Of a stretch of 64,000 nt of DNA, positions 17,813 to 27,640 are shown in pieces (positions within the stretch are counted from its first letter, which is position 1; every line of letters starts with the position of its first letter). The DNA lies in assembly GCA_965228735.1 (NCBI GenBank), contig OZ245838.1:6144001-6208000 (forward strand). Reading direction: 5' to 3'. The notes beneath the pieces were generated by a model that was given only the letters and a program-made list of their open reading frames with translations, was not told the DNA's origin and made no database searches. The DNA is from Planctomycetota bacterium (lineage in GTDB: Bacteria; Planctomycetota; UBA1135; UBA2386). The position numbers were made by a program, and so were the translations under genes.

Positions 17813-20767
17813 CTATCGGGGGCGCTCGATGCCGTGAGCGGCAACGGCCTCGGCGAGCTCGTCCGTGCGCTGGTTCAGCGCTGCGCGCTCGTTCCTGCGG
17901 GTCACCTCGATGAGATGGTCGTAGGTGATCGCCCACGCGGCGTTGGCGAACGATCGCGCCGGGCCGGTCGTGGTCACGTCCTCGAGGGCTTCGCCGAAGG
18001 CCGTCAGCGCGGCCGCGAACGCGTCGTGACGGGCGAGCGCGTCGGTCGCGGTTGCGGCCGTTGCCTCGGCGACGGCCTCGGCCAGCGCGGTCGCCGGGAC
18101 CTGCTGCTCGTTCGCCAGGTCCGCGACCCGCGTGCGCAGAGCCTGGATCCGCTCTGCGATCGAGCCCGCGTCGTTCTCGCCGGCGAACACGGTGCTCAAC
18201 AACCACGGTCCGGCGGTCCACGCTAGCGTCGAGAGCGACAGCACGAGCGACGCCGCGAGCACGAGCAGCGCGCGCCGCCTTGTCCGGGCGCGCCGCGCGG
18301 CTTCGGCCGCGCGCGTCTCGACCTCGCGATTGCAGGCCGCGACGACGGTGCGCCAGTGTTCGAGCTGCCGCAGCAATCGCCCCGGCGGATCGTTGTCGAA
18401 CGTTGCCGAGCTCGCCGCCGTCTCGAGCGCTTTCGTCGTGCGCGTCGCGATCTCGCGGCGTGGCTCGACGTCACTCGCCTCGTCGAACGTCAGTTCGGCG
18501 CCCGCGGCTTGTTCGAGCGCGATGTGCAACTCGACGTCGCGCAGGTCCGCGGCGTAGAGCTGCGCGCGTTCCTCCGGCAACTTCTGTCGCAACTTCCGCA
18601 GCTGGGTACGGCGCTCGCGCAGGGTCGCGAGCCGGTCCTCGACCGTGCTCGCCGGGTCGTCCTGCTGCATGCCGTAGCGGTTGCCGAGTTCGACGTTGTG
18701 CCGCACCGCGTCCTCGAGCTCGCGCTTCTGCGCGCGCGCTTCCTCGAGCCGCTCCTCGAGTCGTTGCGCCTCCGCACGTTCTTCTTCATCTGCCGGGTTC
18801 AGGCCCGCGACCGCGCGCTCCATGTCGAACAAGCCCGTCGTCCAGTGACCGCGCGCCATCGCCTCCTCGGCGCCCTCGGTGAGCCGATCGCGCGCTGCCC
18901 GGGCCTGCTCGAATTCGAGGCGCAGCTGCTCGATCGCGTCGAGCAGCTCGCTGCGCGGCCGCTCGGGGCGGTCGACGAGCGCCTCCAGGATGCGGAACGA
19001 GTCGAGCCGTCCGAGCGTGATCTGCAGCGGTCGCACGGGCACGGGCACGGACTCGAGCTGCTTGCTCGCCTCGGCGACGAGCTCGGCTGCGCGATCCGAC
19101 GTGTGCTCGAGGGCGCTCGTGAGGGCGTCGTGCGCCGGACCCGAGCGCACGTAGAGGTGCGGCAGTTCTTCCGCGAGGTTGACGAGGGTCACCTGCAGGC
19201 TGCGCAGCCCCAGCGGCGTCGTCACGTCGGGGCGATTGGCCGGGCCGATCGCGCGCGCACACTCGGTCACGAAACCGAGCAGCGGATCGAGCGCCGTGCG
19301 ATCCCAGGTCTGCGCGAGGCGTTCGACGCTCGGCAGGCCGAGCGCGATGCGTTCGCAGAAGAAGCGCAGGCGATGCAGCTGATCGCGGCGTCGCGCCGCG
19401 GTCGGGGAGGCGCCGCCGTAGCGTTCGGCCATCGCGTCGATCGCCGCCTCCGCGCGGTCCAGGTCGAGTTCCTGTTCGGCCGAGTCGATCGCCGATGTTG
19501 CGGTCGCGAGCTCTGCCCGCGCGTCGGCGAGCTGATCCTGCAGTCGGCGCAAGAACGCGAGCGGATCGCGCTGCAGCAGCCCGACGGTCCGCGGATCGGG
19601 CGCGCCGGGGATCGGCTCCCGGCCCGGCACGAGCAGCAGCGCGCGCGTGAGCTGCAGGCTGTCGTCGAGCCAGTGCGCGGCGTCGTCGTGGCGTTCATCG
19701 CGCTGAAAGCCGCTCACCCGGCTGGCCGTCGCCGCCAGCAGATCGCGAGCGCACGCCGTGAGTCGGCGGCGCCACGTGAGGAGGTTGCGCTGCCGGGGGA
19801 AGTGGCGCAACGCGCGTTGCACGTGGTGCAGGGCGCGCAAGGTCGCGGCGGGAGTCGACGGTGCGCCATCGGGGATCTGCAGCAACTCGGGGAAACGCTC
19901 GCGCAGTCGGCGCTGGCGCGCGGCGAACCGCTGCAGCTCGGCATGGCGCGGCGAATCACTGACGAACTCGAGTCGTTCGCCCGCGGCCAGTGGTCCGAGG
20001 ATCTCCTCGTCGCTGTCGTTCTGCAGCCGCCGCGCGATCGTCGCCAGCCGCTCGGCGATGCTCGCCGCGGCCGGCCGCGCATTGGGATCTTCGGCCATGC
20101 ACGCGCGCACGAGCTCGTGCAGGTCGCGATCCTGCGGCAACCGTGCGAGCCCCGCGCCCGTCAGCAGCCAGCGCAGCGTTGCGCCGAGCCCGTAGACGTC
20201 GAGGGCGGGCGAGGGTGCTGCCCCGTGGCGCGCTTCGGGCGCGGCGAAGCCGCCGGTCCCGTGCACGGGCCCCGGTTCACCCGCCGCCGCGGTCGGGTTG
20301 ATCGCCGCTGCGTGTTCGAGGTCGAGCACCAGCGTCGTCGTCGCCGTCGCGAGCAGGTTGCCCGGCTTGATGTCGCCGTGGCAGTAGCCCGCCGGCGCGC
20401 TGGGCCCGCGATGGGCGTGCATCGCGGCGAGCGTTCGCGCGACCGGCACGAGCAACTCGGCAGCACGGGCGGCCGGCACCGCGCCCGAACGCGCCACCAC
20501 GTGGTCGAGGTCCTGGCCCTCGTGCCAGTCGAGCAACACGCACGGACTGTTGGTCGCCGGGTCGAGTCGCGCGCCCAGGTAACGCGCGATATCGAGTCCC
20601 GCGAGTTCGCGCCCGATCGCCGCTTCCTGCTCGGCATCGGCGAGCGCTCCGCGCACGAACAGCTTGCACACCACCGTCCGGCCGCCATCGGATGTGACGA
20701 ACAGCGTCCGCTCGAGCGAGCAGTGCAGGAGCCGGTCGGACCCGGTCGCTGGGGTGGGGCGTGACAT
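17813..20767 (-). CDS. Atypical Ser/Thr kinase-like protein with long helical region and C-terminal TM
   Basis: Motifs VVCK, HGDIKPGN, DLE (in place of DFG), GTGGFAAPE, DVYGLG. Then about 600 aa helical or coiled-coil and a TM ALLVLAASLVLSLSTLAW. Confidence 0.85.
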   Translation of the reverse strand: MSRPTPATGSDRLLHCSLERTLFVTSDGGRTVVCKLFVRGALADAEQEAAIGRELAGLDIARYLGARLDPATNSPCVLLDWHEGQDLDHVVARSGAVPAARAAELLVPVARTLAAMHAHRGPSAPAGYCHGDIKPGNLLATATTTLVLDLEHAAAINPTAAAGEPGPVHGTGGFAAPEARHGAAPSPALDVYGLGATLRWLLTGAGLARLPQDRDLHELVRACMAEDPNARPAAASIAERLATIARRLQNDSDEEILGPLAAGERLEFVSDSPRHAELQRFAARQRRLRERFPELLQIPDGAPSTPAATLRALHHVQRALRHFPRQRNLLTWRRRLTACARDLLAATASRVSGFQRDERHDDAAHWLDDSLQLTRALLLVPGREPIPGAPDPRTVGLLQRDPLAFLRRLQDQLADARAELATATSAIDSAEQELDLDRAEAAIDAMAERYGGASPTAARRRDQLHRLRFFCERIALGLPSVERLAQTWDRTALDPLLGFVTECARAIGPANRPDVTTPLGLRSLQVTLVNLAEELPHLYVRSGPAHDALTSALEHTSDRAAELVAEASKQLESVPVPVRPLQITLGRLDSFRILEALVDRPERPRSELLDAIEQLRLEFEQARAARDRLTEGAEEAMARGHWTTGLFDMERAVAGLNPADEEERAEAQRLEERLEEARAQKRELEDAVRHNVELGNRYGMQQDDPASTVEDRLATLRERRTQLRKLRQKLPEERAQLYAADLRDVELHIALEQAAGAELTFDEASDVEPRREIATRTTKALETAASSATFDNDPPGRLLRQLEHWRTVVAACNREVETRAAEAARRARTRRRALLVLAASLVLSLSTLAWTAGPWLLSTVFAGENDAGSIAERIQALRTRVADLANEQQVPATALAEAVAEATAATATDALARHDAFAAALTAFGEALEDVTTTGPARSFANAAWAITYDHLIEVTRRNERAALNQRTDELAEAVAAHGIERPR

Positions 20768-21110
20768 CTTCGGTACGGTCGTCGGGGCGAGCGTAGCGCG
20801 TCGGGGGAGGGGTCGGAGAAGGGCGCCTGCAGGAGGGGTTACGGCACAGGAAGAATAACCCAGCCACCCTCGAATGCCCTCACCAGGAACTGATGGCTTG
20901 GGTGTGGGCGATCGGTCTCAAGGCAGTTCGAGTTGGTCGGTTAGGTCCGGTTTGACGTCCCCCCGCCCGGGCGTGCACGTTGTCATCGCTCGCATCGGGG
21001 TTTGCGCGACCTCGTCGCCTCACGATCCACACCCAAGCCATCAGCTCCGGGTGGCGGTATTCCGACGGGAGGGGGTCGCCAATCACTCCACCCCGGCGAT
21101 AATCCGACGC

Positions 21111-22994
21111 ATGCCCGTGACCCTCGAAATCACCGACCATTCTGGCAATCGCGAGGTCGAAGTCGACGAGGACACGTTCTGGATCGGTGGGCCGAAGTCC
21201 GAGGCGGCGGTCGTGCTCGAGCTGCCGGGCGTGTTCGGCCGACTGCTCGAGGTCGCGCGCGATGATCGTGGCCGGCTGCGGGTGCGCGCCGAGCCCGGGC
21301 TGCCGTTCCCGGTGCGGTGTGCGACGGGGAACGTGGGCAGCCGGTTCGAGAGCTTCCTCGACGGTGACACGTTGAACGTCGGGCCGGCGCTCGTGCGGTT
21401 GCGGCACGTCGCGACGAGCGCGGATGGTGAAGGCGGTGAGTCGGTGCAGGAGATCGATCCCGCGGCGCTCGCGCCCGGGCCGGGTTCGCCGGTCGGGGCG
21501 TGGTATCAGACGTTCATGGAGATGGCGGATCATCTCGAAGGGCTGAAGAGTCCCGACCAGATGGTGCCGGCGGCGATGGCGGCGATCCTGCGGGCGACGG
21601 GGGCGGATCGCGTGCACGTGTTGCTCGACACGGACGAGGGTGGCCAGTCGTTCTTCACGAGTCGCGCCGGGGACAAGCGGCCGTTCCGACCGAGCCGTTC
21701 CCTCGTGGAGCAGGTGCGTGAGTCGGGGCGGGTGGTGCACGTGCCGATCGCGGCGTCGGATCCCGTGGCGAGCACGTTTCAGAGCATTCGCAGCGAGGGC
21801 ATTTCGGCGGCCGTGGCGCTGCCGGTGCAGGCGCTCGGCAACACGCTCGGCATCCTGTACGCGGACTGCACACGCGATGGCGCGGTGTTGTCGGCGGAGG
21901 ATCTGCAGCGCATGGCGTTCTGCAGCCGCATCCTCGCGACGGCGCTCGGCAATCGCGTGCTCGTCCGCAGTCTGCTGAAGCGCGAGGTCGGTCAGTCCGA
22001 GGCGCCGCACTGGGCGCTCGAGACGAGCAGCCCGGCCTGCGCCGAGCTCGTCGAGCGTGTCAAGTTGTATGCGCCGGCCGACTACACGGTGCTGTTGCGC
22101 GGTGAGACCGGCGCCGGCAAGGAGGTGATCGCGCGCGCGCTGCACGACCTGTCGCGCCGCAGCAAGGGACCGTTCGTGCCGGTCAACTGCGCCGCGATTC
22201 CCGAGCAGCTCATGGAGAGCATGTTGTTCGGTCACGAGAAGGGGTCGTTCACGGGTGCGGTGCAGAACCGTCGCGGCCACTTCGAGGAGGCGCACGGCGG
22301 CACGATCTTCCTCGACGAGATCGGCGACATGGCGCTCGAACTGCAGGCGAAGATCCTGCGCGTGCTGCAGGATCGCGTCGTGATGCCGATCGGCAGCCAG
22401 CGCCAGATCCGCGTCGACGTGCGCATCATCGCCGCGACGCACCAGGACCTCGTGCGCATGGTGAAGGAAGGGCGCTTCCGGCAGGACCTCTACTACCGTC
22501 TCTGCGAGCTCGCGATCGAGTTGCCGGCGCTGCGCGAGCGCGCGGAAGACGTCGAGATGCTGTGCGGTCGGTTCCTCATCGAGGCGGCCGAGGAGCTCGG
22601 CTATTCGGACGTGCCGGGGCTCGCCGAGGACGCGCTCACCGAGTTGCGGCAGCAGCGGTGGCCCGGGAACGTGCGTGAGTTGCGGCACGTCATCAAGGGC
22701 GCTGCGTTGCGATCGGGTGGTGACACGCTGACCGTCGAGCACCTGGATCTGCGCCAGCACGATGCGAGCGGGGAGCTGTTCGGCGAGGCGGAGTTCGCCG
22801 CTGCCACGGGTGACGCGGGTGACACGGCGGCGGCCGCGACCTGGAAAGAACGTCTCGAGGCCCAGGAGAAGGAGGCGCTGCGGCGCACGCTCGCGGCGGC
22901 GAGCGGCAACCTGACGCGGGCCGCCGAGATGTTCGGGGTGCCGCGAACCACGTATCGCGAGAAACTTCAGCGTCACGGTCTGCTCGAAACGTAG
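21111..22994 (+). CDS. Sigma54-dependent activator (FHA-like, GAF, AAA+, Fis HTH)
   Basis: GETGAGKE, VNCAA, ESMLFGHEKGSFTGA, FLDEIGD, FRQDLYYRL, WPGNVREL and HTH GNLTRAAEMFGVPRTT. The GAF region includes LGILYAD. Confidence 0.95.
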   Translation: MPVTLEITDHSGNREVEVDEDTFWIGGPKSEAAVVLELPGVFGRLLEVARDDRGRLRVRAEPGLPFPVRCATGNVGSRFESFLDGDTLNVGPALVRLRHVATSADGEGGESVQEIDPAALAPGPGSPVGAWYQTFMEMADHLEGLKSPDQMVPAAMAAILRATGADRVHVLLDTDEGGQSFFTSRAGDKRPFRPSRSLVEQVRESGRVVHVPIAASDPVASTFQSIRSEGISAAVALPVQALGNTLGILYADCTRDGAVLSAEDLQRMAFCSRILATALGNRVLVRSLLKREVGQSEAPHWALETSSPACAELVERVKLYAPADYTVLLRGETGAGKEVIARALHDLSRRSKGPFVPVNCAAIPEQLMESMLFGHEKGSFTGAVQNRRGHFEEAHGGTIFLDEIGDMALELQAKILRVLQDRVVMPIGSQRQIRVDVRIIAATHQDLVRMVKEGRFRQDLYYRLCELAIELPALRERAEDVEMLCGRFLIEAAEELGYSDVPGLAEDALTELRQQRWPGNVRELRHVIKGAALRSGGDTLTVEHLDLRQHDASGELFGEAEFAAATGDAGDTAAAATWKERLEAQEKEALRRTLAAASGNLTRAAEMFGVPRTTYREKLQRHGLLET

Positions 22995-23004
22995 TTCGTC
23001 ACCG

Positions 23005-24138
23005 ATGACCGATCTGCCCGTTATCGACCCCGACATCCGCCGGGCGCGGACGTTGCCGGGCGCGTTCTACGGCGATCCCGCGTGGTACGTTCGCCAACGT
23101 GAGGTGTTCGCGCGCGCCTGGCACATGGCGCCGATGAATCGTACGGCACCCGCGCCGGGCCATGTCGAGCCGTGGTTGCTCGAGAGCTGCGGGCTCGACG
23201 AGGCGCTGGTCTGGACGCGGAACGGGGATGGGGCGCGGCGCTGCCTCTCGAACGTCTGCACGCACCGCGGTCGCGTCGTGTGTGACAGCGCCGGGCCGCG
23301 TGAGGTGCTCACGTGCACGTATCACGGGCGCTGCTTCGACTTCGACGGCAGCGTGCGCGCGGCGCCCGGCTTCGAGGACGTCGCCGGCTTTCCGGGGCCG
23401 ACCGATGCGTTGCCTACGGTCGCAACGGGGGAGTGGGCCGGGTTCGCGTTCGCCTCGCTGGCGCCGAGTCTGCCGTTCGCGGAGTGGACGGGCGCGCTCG
23501 AGGCGTGGCTCGGCCATTGGGCTGCCGGCGATCCGAGCGGTGACGCGACGCGCGGTGATCTGGGGTTGGGCGCGATGCCCGACGAGCCGGCGTTCCGGCA
23601 CGACTACGAGTTCGATGCGCACTGGGCGCTCTACCTCGACAACTTCCTCGAGGGTTTCCACATCCCGTACGTGCACCCGGCGCTGCAGCGCACGTTGACG
23701 AGCGAGTACGAGACCGTGCTCTTCGATCACGCGTCCGTGCAGGTCGGGTTCTCGCGGCCCGGCGAACCGGTGCTCGAGTTCCCCGCGGGGCATCCGATGC
23801 ACGGGCGGCCCGTCGCGGCGCTGTTCTTCTTCCTGTTCCCCGGAACGCTGCTCAACATCTATCCGTGGGGCATCTCGATCAACCTGGTCGAACCGCTCGG
23901 GCCGCTGCGAACACGCGTCCGGTATCGGCAGTACGTGCGTCGTCCGGAGCTGCGCGAGCATGGTGCGGGCGGTGACCTCGAGACGGTCGAGGCCGAGGAC
24001 CAGGCCGTCGTGCTGGCCACGCAGCGCGGCGTGCGCGGTCGGCTGTACCAGCGTGGCCGCTACGCGCCGGCGGAAGAACGCGCGGTGCATCACTTCCATC
24101 GTCAGCTCGTCGCGGCGATGCAATCCGTTGGGGTCTGA
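23005..24138 (+). CDS. Rieske non-heme iron oxygenase alpha subunit (choline monooxygenase/CntA-like)
   Basis: Rieske ligands NVCTHRG and CTYHG. Mononuclear iron site NFLEGFHIPYVHP and EAED. Confidence 0.92.
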   Translation: MTDLPVIDPDIRRARTLPGAFYGDPAWYVRQREVFARAWHMAPMNRTAPAPGHVEPWLLESCGLDEALVWTRNGDGARRCLSNVCTHRGRVVCDSAGPREVLTCTYHGRCFDFDGSVRAAPGFEDVAGFPGPTDALPTVATGEWAGFAFASLAPSLPFAEWTGALEAWLGHWAAGDPSGDATRGDLGLGAMPDEPAFRHDYEFDAHWALYLDNFLEGFHIPYVHPALQRTLTSEYETVLFDHASVQVGFSRPGEPVLEFPAGHPMHGRPVAALFFFLFPGTLLNIYPWGISINLVEPLGPLRTRVRYRQYVRRPELREHGAGGDLETVEAEDQAVVLATQRGVRGRLYQRGRYAPAEERAVHHFHRQLVAAMQSVGV

Positions 24139-24217
24139 TGCGTCGTCGCGACACCGGCCCTCGCCGTGACCGCGTCCTGCCTTGTTTCTCGGCGGTATTG
24201 CCGTAACCAAAGGCGAA

Positions 24218-25135
24218 GTGTCCGGGCATCCGAAAGACCGAACGGCCAGTCTCGTGGTCGTGGGGGACGTGCACCGCTGGTGGCGGCCGGCGGACGTCGC
24301 GTTCCTCGAACGCGCGCGGCCGGACCTCGCGCTCTTCGTCGGTGATCTCGGCGACGAGGATCCGGACATCGTGCAGCGGATCGCGGATCTCGCGGTCGAC
24401 AAGGCCGTGATCCTCGGCAACCACGACGCGTGGCAGAGCTTCGGCCGCAAGACGAGCACGCCGGCGCTGCGGCGGTCGCTCGAGATCCTCGGCAAGGACC
24501 ACATCGCCTACACGGTACGCGAGGTGCCGAGCGCCGGCGTCTCCGTCATCGGCGCGCGGCCGTTCTCATGGGGCGGGCAGAGCCTGCGCAGCCCCGAGCT
24601 CTACGACGAGATCTACGGCATCCGCACGATGCGGCAGTCGGCCGCGGCGATCGTCGACGCGGCGCGGCACGCGCAGCATCGTGACATCGTGATCCTCGCG
24701 CACAACGGCCCGACCGGCCTCGGCGAGAACACGACCGACATCTTCGGCAAGGACTTCGGCAAGCCCGGCGGCGACTGGGGCGACCACGACCTCGCGCTCG
24801 CGCTGCAGCGCATCGACGGGCTCGGGCTGCGCGTGCGCGCCGTGATCGCGGGCCACATGCACCACCGGCTCAATCACCCGCGCGGCGGCGAACGCATCCG
24901 CTTCGTGCGCCGCGGCGGCGTGCTGTTCCTCAACAGCGCGTTCGTCCCACGGGTCGTGCACACCGATGACGGCGACGAACTGGCCTACTTCCTGCGTACG
25001 ACCTGGCAGCAGGGCGAGTGCACCGCGATCGAAGAGGTGTTCGTCGACATGCACGGCGACGAACGTCGCGCCGAGCAGCCGGTCGTCATCGACCTCGAGG
25101 ACGACGCGCCGGTCATCGACGAAGCGGGCGATTGA
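24218..25135 (+). CDS. Metallophosphoesterase (TIGR04168-like)
   Basis: Motifs VGDVH, FVGDLG, ILGNHDAW, AHNGP, GGDWGD, AGHMH. Start uncertain. Confidence 0.88.
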   Translation: MSGHPKDRTASLVVVGDVHRWWRPADVAFLERARPDLALFVGDLGDEDPDIVQRIADLAVDKAVILGNHDAWQSFGRKTSTPALRRSLEILGKDHIAYTVREVPSAGVSVIGARPFSWGGQSLRSPELYDEIYGIRTMRQSAAAIVDAARHAQHRDIVILAHNGPTGLGENTTDIFGKDFGKPGGDWGDHDLALALQRIDGLGLRVRAVIAGHMHHRLNHPRGGERIRFVRRGGVLFLNSAFVPRVVHTDDGDELAYFLRTTWQQGECTAIEEVFVDMHGDERRAEQPVVIDLEDDAPVIDEAGD

Positions 25136-25251
25136 CGGGGCGGCGCCCGCCGCGGCTTCCGGGGGCTCGTCGAGCGGGGAGCGGGAGCGAAACTGCGGTC
25201 GCGATGACATGACCGTGAACCGCCGCCGCACCGTCGGCGTTGTCGTTCTGC

Positions 25252-26331
25252 ATGACCGTCCTCCGCCGCGCACGCGGGCCAGGCCTCGTGCTCCTGTCGG
25301 CAGCGCTCGCCGTGAGTGTTCTGCCGGGTCAGGTGACGGAGCGTGCCGACGCCGCTGCCCTGCTGGCGGGGCTCTCGTCGGGCGAATCGGCCGAGATCGC
25401 ATGGGCCAGCTATCGGATCGCGACCTGTGCCCGTGCCGAGTTCGTGCCCGAACTCCGACGGGTCCTGGCCGGGCTGGTGCGCGAACCTGTGGCGACCGAG
25501 CGGCACGGGGAGCAGCGGTATCTGGTCATGGCGGTCTTCGATGCCTTGATCCGGACCGGTGCGACGTTGTCCACGACCGAGTTGCTGCCGTGGCGCACGC
25601 GGATGCCGACGGCGGTCTTGATTCTCGCGGCGCGCGACGCCGAGACGCATGCGGGCCTGCTGCTGTCCTTCGTCGAGAACCGTCGGATGGGCCCGTGCCG
25701 GCTCGCGGCGATCAACCTGCTGCTGACCGGGATGCCGGCGATGCTGATGCCGCAGCTCCTCGCCGATGCCGAGGTCGATCTGACCGTGCACGTCACGAGC
25801 CCCGGCGAGTTCGTCTCGTGCTGGAGCAGCGGTTCGGGGCGCGGCTGCGGCAGGGGGCGACGCTTACCGGGCTTCCCCCCGGTCGTCAGCTACCGGCTCC
25901 AGGTCCGGGCCGGCGAGACGTTCGCCGATGGCCCCGAGCCCGTCGGCTGGAGCCGGGTCGAGCACACCCGGACGTCGTACGGCGTCGGTGCGTCGGTCGT
26001 GAGCCTCGAGGAACGCGACTACGCCTGGCGCTGCCTGTATCGCCTCGCCGAGCGCGAGGTCGGAACGGCGCGGCTGCGGGGGGCGGTGCACGAGTCGGTC
26101 GAATGGCGCGACGAGGCGGGGTTGCGCGCGACCGTCGTCGAGATCGAAGCGGGAATGCGGGCCGAGTACGGCGAACTGCTCGCGGAGCTCGCGAGACGGC
26201 AGCTGTGCTCGAGCCGGGTCGCGCGCCTGCGGATCCGGCTGCGTCTCGAGGACGAGCGCCCGGAGGCGGATCGGGAGGTCGCACTGCCGACGCCGGCGGA
26301 GTTGCGTCGGGCCGGCGAAGGGCGCCTATAG
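25252..26331 (+). CDS. Exported hypothetical protein
   Basis: Signal-like LVLLSAALAVSVLPG-Q. Plausible globular composition. No family recognised. Confidence 0.7.
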   Translation: MTVLRRARGPGLVLLSAALAVSVLPGQVTERADAAALLAGLSSGESAEIAWASYRIATCARAEFVPELRRVLAGLVREPVATERHGEQRYLVMAVFDALIRTGATLSTTELLPWRTRMPTAVLILAARDAETHAGLLLSFVENRRMGPCRLAAINLLLTGMPAMLMPQLLADAEVDLTVHVTSPGEFVSCWSSGSGRGCGRGRRLPGFPPVVSYRLQVRAGETFADGPEPVGWSRVEHTRTSYGVGASVVSLEERDYAWRCLYRLAEREVGTARLRGAVHESVEWRDEAGLRATVVEIEAGMRAEYGELLAELARRQLCSSRVARLRIRLRLEDERPEADREVALPTPAELRRAGEGRL

Positions 26332-26449
26332 TCGTCCCGGCTCCTGGATCGCTTTTCCAATGCGTCCACCGAAGCCGCGCTGCCGCTCGGTCGGATCGCG
26401 TGTCGGCGTAGATGCGCACCTGACATGGTAGTGGCCGACGGCGCGTCTG

Positions 26450-26712
26450 CGGAGGGTCACGGGTTCGGGAGGCCCGCGCCCGCGGGCTTGGACCGGCTGC
26501 TCCCATGGCAGCGGGGAGGTCGGGTATGCTGCCCGATCCTAACGATTTCGTCGTGGTCGGCGTCGGCGCTGTGCCCGCGACCGGGCTGTCGTTGCAAGTG
26601 CTGCTCACGACCGCGGTCGGTGTCACCGACGTTCTCGCGTTCCAGACCGCCGTCCTGCTGCCCAGCGGCGAGTTGGCCATGTCGTTGCCGAGCCATCCCG
26701 TGGTCGTGCGCT
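26450..26712 (+). pseudogene. Possible degraded C-terminal fragment of an exported protein
   Basis: GFGRPAPAGLDRLLP in one frame, then LPDPNDFVVVG...GLSLQVLL...LAFQTAVLLPSGELAMSLPSHPVVVR in another. It resembles the tails of 635..2113 and 50409..52955. Confidence 0.3.
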
Positions 26713-26827
26713 CGGAAGGTTCCGCGATCGCGGTCGGTAGGCAGCACTTCTTCGTTGCCGCGGTTGGCGGGGCGGCGGTGCAACTGGCAGGCGGCCCGCC
26801 GAGGCTGGTCGTATGCTCCGCCTCGTC

Positions 26828-27628
26828 ATGATGACGATACGCAGGGTCTTCCTCGGCCAGATCGCGAGTCTGGCGCTGCTCGCGATTGCCGGTTGCGCTG
26901 GCGCCGGGCATCAACGTTCGGTCTCCGACAGGCCGCTGATCGGGATCGCGAGCCTGGCGTCGGATTCGTACGCGCGCGCCGTTCGTGCTTCGGGAGGGGT
27001 CCCCGTGACCTTGCCGAACGCGGGCGGGGAGACCGCGAAACTCGACGAGTATCTCGCGCTGCTCGACGGTCTGCTCATGCCGGGCGGCGCGGACATCTCA
27101 CCGTCGGAGTGGGGCGAGGAGCCGCACCCGACGACGCGACTGCTCGACGAGGATCGCTATCGATTCGAGAAGGCGATGATCTCGGCCTGGATCGAGCGGA
27201 GCGACAAGCCGCTGCTCGGCATCTGCCTCGGCAGCCAATGGGTCAACGTGGCGCACGGCGGCTCGTTGGTGCAGGACATCCCGTCGGAGTTCGGGGTCGA
27301 GCACAGCAATCGACGCCACACGGTCCGGCTCGAGCCCGATTCGCGCCTGAGTTCGATCCTGGGGGCGACCGAGCTCGAGGTGAACTCGTACCACCATCAG
27401 GCGGTGCGCGAGGTCGGCGAAGGGTTGCGGGTCGTCGCCCGGTGTCCGGACGGGATCATCGAAGCGACGGAGACGACCGACCCGGCGCGCTTCCTGATCG
27501 GCGTGCAATGGCACCCGGAGCGGCTCATGCCCGAGGACGAACTGCAGGCGAAGCTCTTGCGCGCGTTCATTCTGGCGGCGGCCGAGTCGCGGTCGCGCGC
27601 CTCTGCTGCTGCCCCGACGGCGCGCTGA
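26828..27628 (+). CDS. Peptidase C26 / PuuD-like gamma-glutamyl hydrolase, predicted Tat lipoprotein
   Basis: [36 protein letters not shown]-terminus IRRVFL...LLAIAGC. Confidence 0.92.
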   Translation: MMTIRRVFLGQIASLALLAIAGCAGAGHQRSVSDRPLIGIASLASDSYARAVRASGGVPVTLPNAGGETAKLDEYLALLDGLLMPGGADISPSEWGEEPHPTTRLLDEDRYRFEKAMISAWIERSDKPLLGICLGSQWVNVAHGGSLVQDIPSEFGVEHSNRRHTVRLEPDSRLSSILGATELEVNSYHHQAVREVGEGLRVVARCPDGIIEATETTDPARFLIGVQWHPERLMPEDELQAKLLRAFILAAAESRSRASAAAPTAR

Positions 27629-27640
27629 CGGCGTCCGCGG

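Noticed and set aside
20768..21110. Sigma54 promoter or ncRNA in the kinase/activator gap
   Set aside because: CGGCAC near 20842 is not followed by TTGC at the right distance, and I recognise no RNA motif.
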